DNA of 64,000 bases from Dehalococcoidia bacterium (GCA_050011565.1 JBEKIW010000002.1:160001-224000); one strand, 5' to 3'. Positions 1 to 9,531 are shown, counted from the first letter of the stretch. The notes: generated from the letters alone by a model not told the origin. Numbers and translations: made by a program.

Positions 1-38
1 TAGGCGTAGTAGCACAGATCCGGTTTGACGATACATGC

Positions 39-347
39 TTGAAACTGCTTATCTCCACACAGTATATTGGAGTCCCAAATGGCATGCAGAGGTCCCTAAT
101 GAATCTCAGCCGTTCAATCAACATATACAACTGTTGGCTTGGGAACTGGTCTACGGCCACTAACTTGCAAAGTACGGAAAATACGTTGAGCGAATATCTG
201 CCCAAATTCAAAAAGCATCTGCTGGGATTACTGAAGCAGTTTAGTAAAATCAGGGTTGACTACTTAAAAGATAATTACCAAGAACAGTATGCCCCCGCTG
301 TTATATTAATGAGCAAGGAGCATGAAGCCTATGTTGAGTCAACCTAG
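39..347 (+). CDS. Hypothetical protein, AT-rich, start uncertain
   Basis: ORF track; lower GC than the neighbouring operon; no motif recognised. Confidence 0.4.
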   Translation: MKLLISTQYIGVPNGMQRSLMNLSRSINIYNCWLGNWSTATNLQSTENTLSEYLPKFKKHLLGLLKQFSKIRVDYLKDNYQEQYAPAVILMSKEHEAYVEST

Positions 348-390
348 TATTTCCAAGATTAGGTCACTTGACGGTGGTTTAAGTTCACGG

Positions 391-463
391 TGGGCGATAG
401 TGGATTTGAACCACTGACCCCCTGCGTGTAAAGCAGGTGCTCTAACCGCTGAGCTAATCGCCC
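391..463 (-). tRNA. tRNA-Val(TAC)
   Basis: Reverse complement GGGCGATTAGCTCAGCGG...CCTGC-TT-TAC-AC-GCAGG...GGTTCAAATCC...TCGCCCA; followed by CCG, so no encoded CCA. Confidence 0.96.
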
Positions 464-467
464 AAAA

Positions 468-543
468 TGGTACGCCTGGTGAGATTTGAACCCACGACCT
501 CAGCCTCCGCAGGGCTGCGCTCTATCCGCTGAGCTACAGGCGC
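468..543 (-). tRNA. tRNA-Arg(GCG)
   Basis: Reverse complement GCGCCTGTAGCTCAGCGGATAGAGCG-CAGCC-CT-GCG-GA-GGCTG...GGTTCAAATC...ACCA. Confidence 0.95.
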
Positions 544-546
544 ATG

Positions 547-629
547 TGCCGAAGGTGGGATTTGAACCCACATATCCTTTCGGATACTACGTCCTGAACG
601 TAGCGCGTCTGCCATTCCGCCACTTCGGC
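547..629 (-). tRNA. tRNA-Leu(CAG)
   Basis: Reverse complement GCCGAAGTGGCGGAATGGCAGACGCG-CTACG-TT-CAG-GA-CGTAG with long variable arm; no encoded CCA. Confidence 0.95.
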
Positions 630-630
630 G

Positions 631-703
631 TGGGCAGTACTGGATTTGAACCAGTGACCTCTTGCGTGTGAAGCAAGCGCTCTAACCGCTGAGCTAACCG
701 CCC
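631..703 (-). tRNA. tRNA-Val(CAC)
   Basis: Reverse complement GGGCGGTTAGCTCAGCGG...CTTGC-TT-CAC-AC-GCAAG...GGTTCAAATCC; 1 nt from tRNA-Leu. Confidence 0.95.
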
Positions 704-774
704 CGAAACCGTTCTATTTTAGCCACAAAAAGGAGCTTTGTAAACATACGCCTTTGAAGGGGGTACCTTGAGCG

Positions 775-972
775 GAGATTCTTCGCTACGCTCAGAATGA
801 CAGTTAGGAGCGCACCCCTACGAGATTGCCACGCTTTACTCGAAATGACAGGGAAATAGCGCGGGCATTCTTCGACAGGCTCAGAATGAGCGGGAGAGAG
901 ATCAGAATGAGTGGTAGAGGGGCTCACCTCTCCGAGATTGCCACGTCCTTCAGAGGAAGGACTCGCAATGAC
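775..972. repeat. Cluster of REP-like short repeats (GAGATT...AATGAC family)
   Basis: Units at 775-801, 822-849, 871-893 (partial) and 934-972 share GAGATT and/or AATGA ends; related copy at 42111-42141. Confidence 0.7.
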
Positions 973-988
973 AGAAAAAAAGAAGGGC

Positions 989-1804
989 TTATTCTTTCTT
1001 GTCCGGCAGGCGGCGGACGCTATTGGATTTGCACTTGGGGCAGACGCGCTCTTCGAGCCCTTTCTTGGCATCTGTAGTCATCTTATATTTGAAGCCGCAA
1101 TTGAGACACTTGAGTTGTTCTTCCATGTTAATCACACCTTGGCTGCATCGCTGAGTTCGTCCTCGACTTCCGGTTCTTCTTCTCCCCCACAGCCAGCTAC
1201 CCAGCCAGAAAAGGGCCATTACGATTACCAGGGCGATTATGAAAAGTGCTGGAGATGGGGCGATACCGGCAAACGTGAAACCGGTCCTTACCGCCAGTCC
1301 GGCGGCTATCTCTGCGCCATCCGTAATCACGGACGAAATCACGACGCCCAGGCAGAAATAGAGATATCTAATCTGGAAAAGCCCGGCAGCGACAGTCGAC
1401 GGCGTTAGCAGCCCGGGCGTCAATCTGGCCATAGTCACAGCCATCGGGGAACGTTTTTTCATGCTGGTGCCCAGGTCCTGGGCCCGGCGCAGTATATTTG
1501 GAAATCTTCTGCCCAACCACCGAACAAATCTGGGGCTCAATAAACGAGCAACCCAATAGATGATTGACCCGCCGAAGATTTTCCCCGCGATGAGCGCCAG
1601 CATAACCAGCGGTGCCAAATGCAGAAGTCGGCCCGTAGGCTCATATCCGACGTAAAAAAGGACAGTATCCTGAACAAACGGGACAGGTATGGCCATTTCG
1701 ATAACTGTGGAGATGAGAAACAAGGCGCCGAAGACCGACGGGTCACCTTGCTGAAGCCACTGTGTCAGAGTCGAGGCAATCCCCTGAAACCATTCAAACA
1801 TCAA
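989..1804 (-). CDS. DedA/VTT family membrane protein with C-terminal zinc ribbon fused in frame
   Basis: DedA motifs (VPFVQDTVL, GGSIIYWVAR, ARLTPGL..PSTVAAG); last 45 aa carry CxxC...CxxC and nearly match 1879-2016. Confidence 0.8.
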   Translation of the reverse strand: MMFEWFQGIASTLTQWLQQGDPSVFGALFLISTVIEMAIPVPFVQDTVLFYVGYEPTGRLLHLAPLVMLALIAGKIFGGSIIYWVARLLSPRFVRWLGRRFPNILRRAQDLGTSMKKRSPMAVTMARLTPGLLTPSTVAAGLFQIRYLYFCLGVVISSVITDGAEIAAGLAVRTGFTFAGIAPSPALFIIALVIVMALFWLGSWLWGRRRTGSRGRTQRCSQGVINMEEQLKCLNCGFKYKMTTDAKKGLEERVCPKCKSNSVRRLPDKKE

Positions 1805-2068
1805 TATGCTGCCCGGTTATTCGACACTTGACGTGGGTAATTCGGAATGGTGCTTTCTCCGCTACCCGAGGGAGCGAACTATTCTTTCTTGTCCGGCAGG
1901 CGGCGGACGCTATTGGATTTGCACTTGGGGCAGACACGCTCTTGAAGCCCTTTCTTGGCGTCTGTTGTTATCTTATATTCGAAGCCGCAGTGGAGACACT
2001 TGAGTTGTTCTTCCATATCAATCACACCTTAGCCACGTCGCTCAGCTCGTCCTCGACCTCTGTGTCTT
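990..2068. repeat. Diverged direct repeat of about 190 bp (about 990-1178 and 1880-2068)
   Basis: Both copies contain the hdrA tail (EVEDELSDxAKV*) plus the zinc-ribbon ORF; offset 890 nt. Confidence 0.9.
1879..2016 (-). CDS. Small zinc-ribbon protein (45 aa), not in ORF track
   Basis: MEEQLKCLHCGFEYKITTDAKKGLQERVCPKCKSNSVRRLPDKKE*; ATG 5 nt after hdrA stop; paralogous copy keeps the frame. Confidence 0.8.
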   Translation of the reverse strand: MEEQLKCLHCGFEYKITTDAKKGLQERVCPKCKSNSVRRLPDKKE

Positions 2069-4481
2069 CTTTCGCCTTACGCCTCTGCTCGGCGAGCATC
2101 TTCCGCCCATGCGCTATCTCCTCGGGCGTTACTTTCTGGCGCATCTCCTCGAGCTGACGCATTATCTGAGCAAACCGGGGACCTTCAGCGGCGCTTATCC
2201 ACTCCAGTTGCAGCCGTTCCGGTCGAATGCTCAGCTTTTCCAGCTTGTTCCAAAGCTTATCCGCCCGGCGCATCGTCCAGTGATTGGCGCTGATATAGTG
2301 GCAATCGCCTAAATGACAACCGGACAGCAGCACCAAAGGTGCGCCTTTCTCGAAAGCACGGAGGATAAAGCTCTCGTCGACACGCCCGCTGCACATGGTG
2401 CGGATGAAGCGGTTATTAGGCGGAAACTGCATTCTGGAGACACCAGCCAGGTCGCTGGCGGCATAGCTGCACCAGTTGCACAGAAAAGTAATAATTTTCT
2501 GCTCCGGGTCAGTTTCCAGAGCAGCATCGATTTGGGCCAGCACCTGGGCATCGCTGAAGTGCTGCATGGCTATGGCATCAAAGCGGCATTCGGCGGCACA
2601 GGCGCCGCAGCCGGCACAGGCAGCAGCTACGAGTTGCGCTCCTGACTTCGCCTTAACATCCACCTTCATGGCGCCGTAAGGGCAGACGCGGGCACAGACG
2701 CCGCAAGAGGTGCACTTTTCGAGGTCTATCATGGCCTTGATAGCCTCACCTTTGAGGACACCGGCATTAAGGAGAATTGAGCTGCGTGCTGCAGCGGCTC
2801 CGGCCTGGGTGACGCTGTCCTTTATATCCTTGGGCGCTTCCACGCAGCCGGCATAGAATATGCCGGGTGTCGGTGCGTCTACCGGTCTGAGCTTAGGATG
2901 AGCTTCCATCAAAAAGCCGTCGCTGGTCTGCGATAGGTTCAGCACATTGATTAATCTCTTCAGGTCGGCCTTGGGCTCGAGTCCCACCGATAGTATCACC
3001 ATATCCAGCTCATATTGCTCAACGCGCGAAGTCGTGGTATTTTCCACCTTAAGCAGCAGATTCTTAGTCACCGGGTCTTCCTTTATTTCGCCGGGGAAAC
3101 CGCGAATATAGCGGACACCGGCATCCCTAGAGCGGCGGAGTAAGTCCTCAAACCCCTTACCGAAGGCGCGGAGGTCCATATAAAAGACAAAAATTTCGGC
3201 GTCGGGGTCATGCTCCTTGATGAGCAAACTGTCCTTAACCGTATTCATACAGCAAACATTAGAGCAATAGGGATTGCCGCGGTTCTCCGTCCGCGAGCCG
3301 ACGCATTGTATGAAGCCGATACGCTTTGGGGTTTTGTGGTCGGAAGGTCGCACCAGGTGACCCTCGGTAGGTCCGCCACCGCATATTAACCTCTCGAATT
3401 CCATGCTGGTGATGACATTCTCAAAAAGAGTGTATCCGTACTCATCCAGCTGAGCTGGGTCATATACGTCCATTCCGGTGGCGACGATTATGGCGCCGAC
3501 CTCAATCTCCATTATCTTGTCCTGCGCGTGTAAATCAATGCACTTTTTCTCGCAGGCATCCATGCATTTAACGCAGGCAACTGGTCTATTCCCCAGACAG
3601 TGTTCCATGTCGACGAGGAAGGCCGAGGGTACTGCCTGCGGGAAAGGTATATAGGCTGCCTTGCGCGATGAAAAGCCCTGCTGAAACTCGTCGGGCAGCA
3701 CCACCGGGCAAGCCTCGGCGCATTTGCCGCAGAGGTTGCACAGTGTCTCATCCACATAACGGGCTTTCCGGCGGATGCGGACTTTAAAATTACCAACGTA
3801 GCCGGACACCGCTTCCACGGTGCTGTAGGCCAGAAGTTGTATTTTGGGATGGCGCCCCACATCCATCATCTTCGGCCCCAGCACACAGATAGAGCAGTCC
3901 ATGGTGGGGAAGGTCTTGTCCAGCTCGGCCATGATGCCGCCGATTGACGGCTTTTCCTCAACCAGGTATACCTGGTGCCCGGCATCAGCCAGGTCGAGTG
4001 CTGCCTGAATACCGGCGACGCCGCCGCCGATAACCAGTGCAGCATCGGTCACCGGAATCTCCATCTCCTGCTGCGGCTGAAGCAGGCGGGCTCGCGCCAC
4101 CGCCATCTTCACGATATCCCTGGCTTTTTTAGTCGCCGACTCGCGGTCATACAGATGCACCCAGCTGCAGTGCTCTCTTATGTTAGTCATTTCCAGCAAA
4201 TAAGGATTCAGTCCGGCGTCAGCGATGCACTTTCTGAAGGTGGACTCATGAAGCCGCGGCGTGCAGGAAGCTACGACGATGCGGTTGAGCTTGTGTTCCT
4301 TGATGTGCCTTTTGATTTCAGCCTGGCCGGGGTCGGCGCAGGTGTAGCGGTTTCTCACCGAAACGACCACACCGGGAAGCTTTTCAGCCGAGCGCCGTAC
4401 TTCCTCGGTATCTACAGACCCGGCAATGTTCAGTCCGCAATCACAAACAAAGACGCCTATTCTCAGCTCATCTTCAGCCAA
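2022..4481 (-). CDS. hdrA: Heterodisulfide reductase subunit A fused to C-terminal MvhD domain
   Basis: CDCG, SCTPRLHE, NIREHCSWVH, GGGVAG, DKTFPTMDCSIC, QCVGSR, CSNVCC, ferredoxin motifs; MvhD part FLCNWCSY...CSGRV...GCHLGDCHY. Confidence 0.93.
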   Translation of the reverse strand: MAEDELRIGVFVCDCGLNIAGSVDTEEVRRSAEKLPGVVVSVRNRYTCADPGQAEIKRHIKEHKLNRIVVASCTPRLHESTFRKCIADAGLNPYLLEMTNIREHCSWVHLYDRESATKKARDIVKMAVARARLLQPQQEMEIPVTDAALVIGGGVAGIQAALDLADAGHQVYLVEEKPSIGGIMAELDKTFPTMDCSICVLGPKMMDVGRHPKIQLLAYSTVEAVSGYVGNFKVRIRRKARYVDETLCNLCGKCAEACPVVLPDEFQQGFSSRKAAYIPFPQAVPSAFLVDMEHCLGNRPVACVKCMDACEKKCIDLHAQDKIMEIEVGAIIVATGMDVYDPAQLDEYGYTLFENVITSMEFERLICGGGPTEGHLVRPSDHKTPKRIGFIQCVGSRTENRGNPYCSNVCCMNTVKDSLLIKEHDPDAEIFVFYMDLRAFGKGFEDLLRRSRDAGVRYIRGFPGEIKEDPVTKNLLLKVENTTTSRVEQYELDMVILSVGLEPKADLKRLINVLNLSQTSDGFLMEAHPKLRPVDAPTPGIFYAGCVEAPKDIKDSVTQAGAAAARSSILLNAGVLKGEAIKAMIDLEKCTSCGVCARVCPYGAMKVDVKAKSGAQLVAAACAGCGACAAECRFDAIAMQHFSDAQVLAQIDAALETDPEQKIITFLCNWCSYAASDLAGVSRMQFPPNNRFIRTMCSGRVDESFILRAFEKGAPLVLLSGCHLGDCHYISANHWTMRRADKLWNKLEKLSIRPERLQLEWISAAEGPRFAQIMRQLEEMRQKVTPEEIAHGRKMLAEQRRKAKEDTEVEDELSDVAKV

Positions 4482-5630
4482 TTAATCTGCCTCCTGGTCC
4501 AGCGACCGGGCTGCCAGACAAGCCAGGTCCTGAATATCAATTTTAGGCTTTTTCCCATTCCGGCTTTGCTGGGTGCACTTCAAATGAATCCGGCACTTAG
4601 GACAGGAGGTCACCATCACCTCAGCTCCGGTAGCCTCTGCCTGGGTAAGGCGCTCATCCTGTATCTGCCGGTTGGCCGCACCGCAGTGTACCCAGGAGCT
4701 GGCTCCACAGCACAGCGCCGTCTCCCGGTTCGGCTGCATTTCCACCAGTTCCAGGCCTTTTATCGCACCCAATATCCGGCGGGGTGATTCAAAAATTCTC
4801 AAGCCCCTGCCCAGTGTGCACGGGTCATGGTAAGTAGCCTTTTCCTTGAGCCTGCCAAGGTGCAGCTCGCCGCTGTCAAGTAAGGGAGCTACGGCTTCGG
4901 TCCAATATACTACCTCAGCGATTGTTTTACCCAGCATCCTGGGATAATCAACCTTCAATGCATAATAACATTCCGGGCAGCTGGCGATGATTTTCTTGAC
5001 GCCCAGGCGGTTGAACTCATTTACGTTGGCTTGCGCCAGAGCCATAAAGCCCTCTTTGTCGCCCTCAAGAAGCAGGTCACGTCCGCAGCAAAGCTCGTTA
5101 GCTAAAAGGTTAAAAGGTATTTCAGCGCGGTTCAGCAGCCTTAATGCCGCCTTCACACCTTCCAACGTGTTCACTTCCAAATCCCTGAACATGATGTCGA
5201 AATAGGGAGCGCAGCCTACAAAAAATATAGTATCGTGTTGAGTAGATAGCCTGATATCAGACGACAGCCAGCCCAGCCGCTGCTGTTTTACCTTTTCCCC
5301 GGCCATCAGATGCATCGATGCCTGCAATGCCCCGCCGTGGCTGCACTGTCCCTGAGTTCCTTTAACCAGTGCCTCCGTTCTCAATATGCGAATGAATTCG
5401 GGGAATTCTACACGGTAATTACACCGCTCCAGGCACATATAGCAATTAAGGCAGGACCAAATTGTCTCATCGTTAAAATTCCGATTCCTGTGTTCCATAT
5501 TTCTCTGGACTATAAGCCGGGGATTAAACTCGGGGTTGTACCGGGCAATAGGGCAGACCACAGTACACTTGCCGCAGTCAAGACAAAGATGTATACGGGT
5601 ATCTTTTATTTCCTGCTTATGTTTAGACAT
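4482..5630 (-). CDS. HdrD-like Fe-S oxidoreductase (2x4Fe-4S plus two CCG domains)
   Basis: CLDCGKCTVVCP, CLNCYMCLERC, FVGC, CCG, SCPEC, YHDPC, CCG, SCPKC. Confidence 0.88.
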   Translation of the reverse strand: MSKHKQEIKDTRIHLCLDCGKCTVVCPIARYNPEFNPRLIVQRNMEHRNRNFNDETIWSCLNCYMCLERCNYRVEFPEFIRILRTEALVKGTQGQCSHGGALQASMHLMAGEKVKQQRLGWLSSDIRLSTQHDTIFFVGCAPYFDIMFRDLEVNTLEGVKAALRLLNRAEIPFNLLANELCCGRDLLLEGDKEGFMALAQANVNEFNRLGVKKIIASCPECYYALKVDYPRMLGKTIAEVVYWTEAVAPLLDSGELHLGRLKEKATYHDPCTLGRGLRIFESPRRILGAIKGLELVEMQPNRETALCCGASSWVHCGAANRQIQDERLTQAEATGAEVMVTSCPKCRIHLKCTQQSRNGKKPKIDIQDLACLAARSLDQEAD

Positions 5631-5645
5631 GGTTCCTAAATTCCA

Positions 5646-6038
5646 CTATCCGGCCTGCTCTACTTCGGCAATGAAATTCTCGACCTGTTTCACAAAGCCT
5701 TTGCCGTCGCCTCGAGGCAACCAGGCTAGCCTGAGCCTGTCTGCCCCCAGACCCAGCAGTCCCAGTATACCTCGCGTCTTCTCGTACTCCTTAACGTTAA
5801 ACCTTTCATCCTTCTGGTAATAACAACTTTCCGACTCGCACCCCAGGAGCATCACACCGTCAGCTCCCAGCTCAAAAGCCTTCAGGATGAGACCCGAATG
5901 CACCCGGGAAAGGCAGCTCACCTTTACCACCTTTATCGAAGGCGGATAGCTAAGACGGCTTTGTGCCGCGGCTTCAACGCAGCTAAGACCGTCCCAGTTG
6001 CAGGCAAAAACTACGATATCAGCGTTATTCCGACTCAT
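5646..6038 (-). CDS. mvhD: MvhD-like [2Fe-2S] hydrogenase delta subunit
   Basis: FACNW...VSCLSRV...AFELGADGVMLLGC..SCYY. Confidence 0.85.
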   Translation of the reverse strand: MSRNNADIVVFACNWDGLSCVEAAAQSRLSYPPSIKVVKVSCLSRVHSGLILKAFELGADGVMLLGCESESCYYQKDERFNVKEYEKTRGILGLLGLGADRLRLAWLPRGDGKGFVKQVENFIAEVEQAG

Positions 6039-9000
6039 GTGGTCGCACCCACCTTGCCAGGTCTGGCCAATAAAGCTTCCAGCGTACTAATTATACTTAA
6101 ATCACTTTGAACGGGCTGTGTTATAGCTCCGGTTGGACATGAGGTAATGCAAGCTCCGCAGCCCAGGCACAGTATCGGGTCAACAGCGGCATAAGCAGCG
6201 CCGGAGTCACTGTCTTTCATCTCTATATAGGGACATACTGCAGTGCAATCGCTACAGCCGCGGCACAGTTGTCTATCGATATTAACGGCGGTAACCCGTG
6301 CCCTGAGCACGCCCTGACCCAAATAGCTTAACACTCTGGCCGCCGTCGCCTGCCCCTCGATGACTTGTTTTTCAGGCGACTCCGCTGTGTTTGACGGCAC
6401 CATATATATACCGGTGGGGTCGCCGATGGCGAACTCCCAAAGTGCAAAATCCAAAATCTGGCGATTGTCCGGGTTTTTATGCCAGGTAAAAATACGGCCA
6501 ACAAGACTTTCTTTGAAAGAAGTATCGGTCTGAGCCAGTATTTTAGCCACGGCTCCGGAATCCGCTACCACGGCGCCGACCTTGACATCGGCTGTCTCCG
6601 AAGAGTGCTCCAGTGCAACCTCATAATTACCGGGCACACCATGAATACTTATTCTTTTAGACCAGGGCATGACAGATACGCCTGATTTTTCAAGCTCTCT
6701 CAATAGACCGGCTTCTGTCTCAAAGTACTTAAGGGGCTGTTTTTCCCTGGTCTTCTTTAATCCTGATTTGTAAAGAACGGTAACCGGGTAAGTCTGAGAC
6801 GCCAGACTCACTGCCGCTGCCAGACCGGAAAGCCCGGTGCTTAATACAAGTACGCCCCGGCTGATTTGCCTCTCCAGCAGTATAGAGGGCACAGTACCGT
6901 GAGCCCGAAGAACTCCCGATGTGATTATGTCAACAGCCTTGCGCGTAGCCTCGGCAGTATTACCACTGTGTACCCAGGCACATTGTTCGCGGATATTAAC
7001 GAACTCGACAGGTATTTTGAGGTCACCGGCTAACTGCTCATTCAGATATTGCTGACATCTTACACGCTGCTCGGTACAACTGAAGCAGATTTGCTCCAGA
7101 TTACAACATCGACAGGCGGCTACGACCAGTCTGTTGAGTTTCTCTTCAGAGGCCAAAGCTTTAATCTCTCGTGCTGTCTGCTCAGTGCAAATCTGAGATA
7201 ACTCCCGGACATAAGAAACGCCGGGCATAAGCTGTATTTCCCCGGCTGCCTGTGAGAGGTCAATTATGGAGCTGATGCTGCCGCCGCAACGACACAGTAT
7301 TACGCCGGTGCGCTCATCGCCGAGCACTTCCGGTTCTAAATTCAAGCCTTCATCATGGTTCCCCCCAGCATCTGCTTTAGCTGAGACAACCTTCTCCATC
7401 AGCTTTAAATCACGTGCTACCCCCAGGGCAATTGCCGAAGCGCGACTGAGTTCATCTTTTAATTCGCCGTCACCCTCAGTTTTTACGACAAACACGCCGG
7501 GGCCCGAAATTTGAAGCGTCTTCGCAGCAGCGTTATCGGAAACAAAATTAACTACGGCTCCAGCTTCTATGGTCACGGACTCAATAATATCCTTATGTGA
7601 AACAGCATTTACCTGGCATATCCGCTCACATTCCAGACAACCGCTGCATAAGGCGCAACTGAGGCAGCGTCCGGCTTCCAGCCGTACCACCTCGGCAGAC
7701 AGACCTCTCTTAGTCTCCTCATAACTACCCATCCTGTCCATGTGAGGCAGCGTCGGCATCTTAGCCCGCTTTTGAGGAGACACATATCTCTGCTCAATAT
7801 CGACTTCGACCGGTTTAGGCCCTTCCAGGCTGCGTCCCTCCTTCAGGTCGCGTCCGCTGAGATACCTGTCCAGCGACTCGGCAGCTTTGATACCGGCAGC
7901 CATAGCATCGACAACGGTATTGGGGCCGGTGACGCAATCGCCGCCGGCGAAGATGTCGGGTATGCTCGTCTGAAGCGTTAGCGGGTCGACATTTATCGTT
8001 AAATCTTCGTTGGCTTTAATGTCCTTTATTCTGAGCAGCGCTGTGCTCGGTCGCTGCCCTATGGCCACCACCACGTGGTCGGCGTCTATGGTAAATTCCG
8101 AGCTCTCGATTGGCACCGGTTGGCGACGGCCGGTAGCATCGACCTTCCCTAACTTCATCCGCTGGCAACGTATGCCGGTGACCCTGGTTCCATCGCCGAT
8201 GATTTCAACCGGCGCGGTGAGAAACTCAATCAGCACGCCTTCTTCAATAGCCTCTTCCACGTGCTCCTTTATGGCAGTCATTTCTTGTGCCGTACGCCGG
8301 TAAAGTATACGCACCGTACCCTGGCTCCGCCTTTTTACGGCTCTGGCCGAGTCCACGGCGCTGTTGCCACCGCCGATAACCACCACATTGGAACCGACCG
8401 TGGTGCCAACCTTCAAATTAAGTGCAAAAAGCATTGAGATTACATCAACGACGCCTTCGAAGTCTTCACCCGGAATATTCAGTTTATTATTCAAACCGGC
8501 ACCTATGGCCAGGTAAAAAGCCTTGTAGCCTTGCTCCCTGAGGTCGGCAAGCGTTATGTCCCGGCCCACAATTATGCCCGTCTTTACATCCACTCCCATA
8601 GCTTTAATGGCCTCAACCTCCCTCTCGCGTACCTCACGCGGCAGACGGAACCGAGGAATACCTGTAGCCAGCATACCACCGACCACCGCATGGGACTCAA
8701 ATATAGTGGGAGTGTAACCGCGACGGGCAAGTTCCCAGGCTGCAGCCAGCCCGGATGGGCCGCTGCCGACAATAGCTATTTTCTCTTCTCTGGGTTTGAT
8801 GGGGCTGGTGAGGTAATTAATACTGCCGGAAGCATTATCTGCAGCATAGCGGTGCAGAGCCTTGATGAACACCGGGCTATCGACTTTGGCCCGCTGACAA
8901 TTGTCTTCGCACGGATGGCTGCACACGCGGCCGAGTATGCCGGCTAAAGGCGCCGCCTGGTTGATGAGATTAAGCGCTTCGTCTGCCTTATCTTTAGCCA

Positions 9001-9520
9001 GCAGGCAGATGAATCCGGGCACATTGATACCTAAGGGGCAAGCTACCCGGCAAGGGGCAGTTCCAGTCTTATCTATAGCATAGGCTGCCGGTACCGACCG
9101 GACACCCACCAGCGGCTCATGAATAGCGCCGCGTATAGAGGTTGAACCACGGTCAGAAAAAGGTATTTTGACGGGGCAGGCTTCCTGGCATTGACCGCAA
9201 CTGGTGCATAAGCTCTCATCTACATATCGGGGCAGTTTCTTTACCGCTACATTAAACTGACCGCGTTTCCTGGTTACAGCTTCTACGCCGGAGCCGGCAT
9301 AAACCTTAACTCTGGGATGACTTGCCGCCCTGAGCAGCAGCGGCCAGATGCGAAGGTATTCGTCGGTTGTGCCGATTTGGGAATCGCTGCTTCCCTTCTC
9401 TTTTAAACTTAATGCCTTAGCCGAGACAATAAGGCTGACCTCGGCGCCCATGCCAGCCAGAGCCAGAGCACACTGAGCTGCTCCAACACTATTACCAATT
9501 ACTGCAACGCTCCTCACCAT
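6035..9520 (-). CDS. HdrL-like flavoprotein: GltD/NfnB-type NAD(P)H oxidoreductase flanked by degenerate HdrA modules
   Basis: APCRVACP, LGRVCSHPCEDNC, GSGPSG, GGGNSAVD, AGGD; HdrA-type CRCGG, NIREQCAWVH; ferredoxin motifs. Confidence 0.85.
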   Translation of the reverse strand: MVRSVAVIGNSVGAAQCALALAGMGAEVSLIVSAKALSLKEKGSSDSQIGTTDEYLRIWPLLLRAASHPRVKVYAGSGVEAVTRKRGQFNVAVKKLPRYVDESLCTSCGQCQEACPVKIPFSDRGSTSIRGAIHEPLVGVRSVPAAYAIDKTGTAPCRVACPLGINVPGFICLLAKDKADEALNLINQAAPLAGILGRVCSHPCEDNCQRAKVDSPVFIKALHRYAADNASGSINYLTSPIKPREEKIAIVGSGPSGLAAAWELARRGYTPTIFESHAVVGGMLATGIPRFRLPREVREREVEAIKAMGVDVKTGIIVGRDITLADLREQGYKAFYLAIGAGLNNKLNIPGEDFEGVVDVISMLFALNLKVGTTVGSNVVVIGGGNSAVDSARAVKRRSQGTVRILYRRTAQEMTAIKEHVEEAIEEGVLIEFLTAPVEIIGDGTRVTGIRCQRMKLGKVDATGRRQPVPIESSEFTIDADHVVVAIGQRPSTALLRIKDIKANEDLTINVDPLTLQTSIPDIFAGGDCVTGPNTVVDAMAAGIKAAESLDRYLSGRDLKEGRSLEGPKPVEVDIEQRYVSPQKRAKMPTLPHMDRMGSYEETKRGLSAEVVRLEAGRCLSCALCSGCLECERICQVNAVSHKDIIESVTIEAGAVVNFVSDNAAAKTLQISGPGVFVVKTEGDGELKDELSRASAIALGVARDLKLMEKVVSAKADAGGNHDEGLNLEPEVLGDERTGVILCRCGGSISSIIDLSQAAGEIQLMPGVSYVRELSQICTEQTAREIKALASEEKLNRLVVAACRCCNLEQICFSCTEQRVRCQQYLNEQLAGDLKIPVEFVNIREQCAWVHSGNTAEATRKAVDIITSGVLRAHGTVPSILLERQISRGVLVLSTGLSGLAAAVSLASQTYPVTVLYKSGLKKTREKQPLKYFETEAGLLRELEKSGVSVMPWSKRISIHGVPGNYEVALEHSSETADVKVGAVVADSGAVAKILAQTDTSFKESLVGRIFTWHKNPDNRQILDFALWEFAIGDPTGIYMVPSNTAESPEKQVIEGQATAARVLSYLGQGVLRARVTAVNIDRQLCRGCSDCTAVCPYIEMKDSDSGAAYAAVDPILCLGCGACITSCPTGAITQPVQSDLSIISTLEALLARPGKVGATT

Positions 9521-9531
9521 CGATAGTACGC

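Noticed and set aside
486-671. 61-aa ORF on the + strand
   Set aside because: It is the antisense of the tRNA genes
694-1408. ORFs 694-1071, 826-1077 and 911-1408
   Set aside because: They run across REP-like repeats or are antisense or alternative frames of the dedA/zinc-ribbon gene
2022-6038. Sec in HdrA or MvhD, which are selenoproteins in some organisms
   Set aside because: These ORFs are uninterrupted and contain no in-frame TGA
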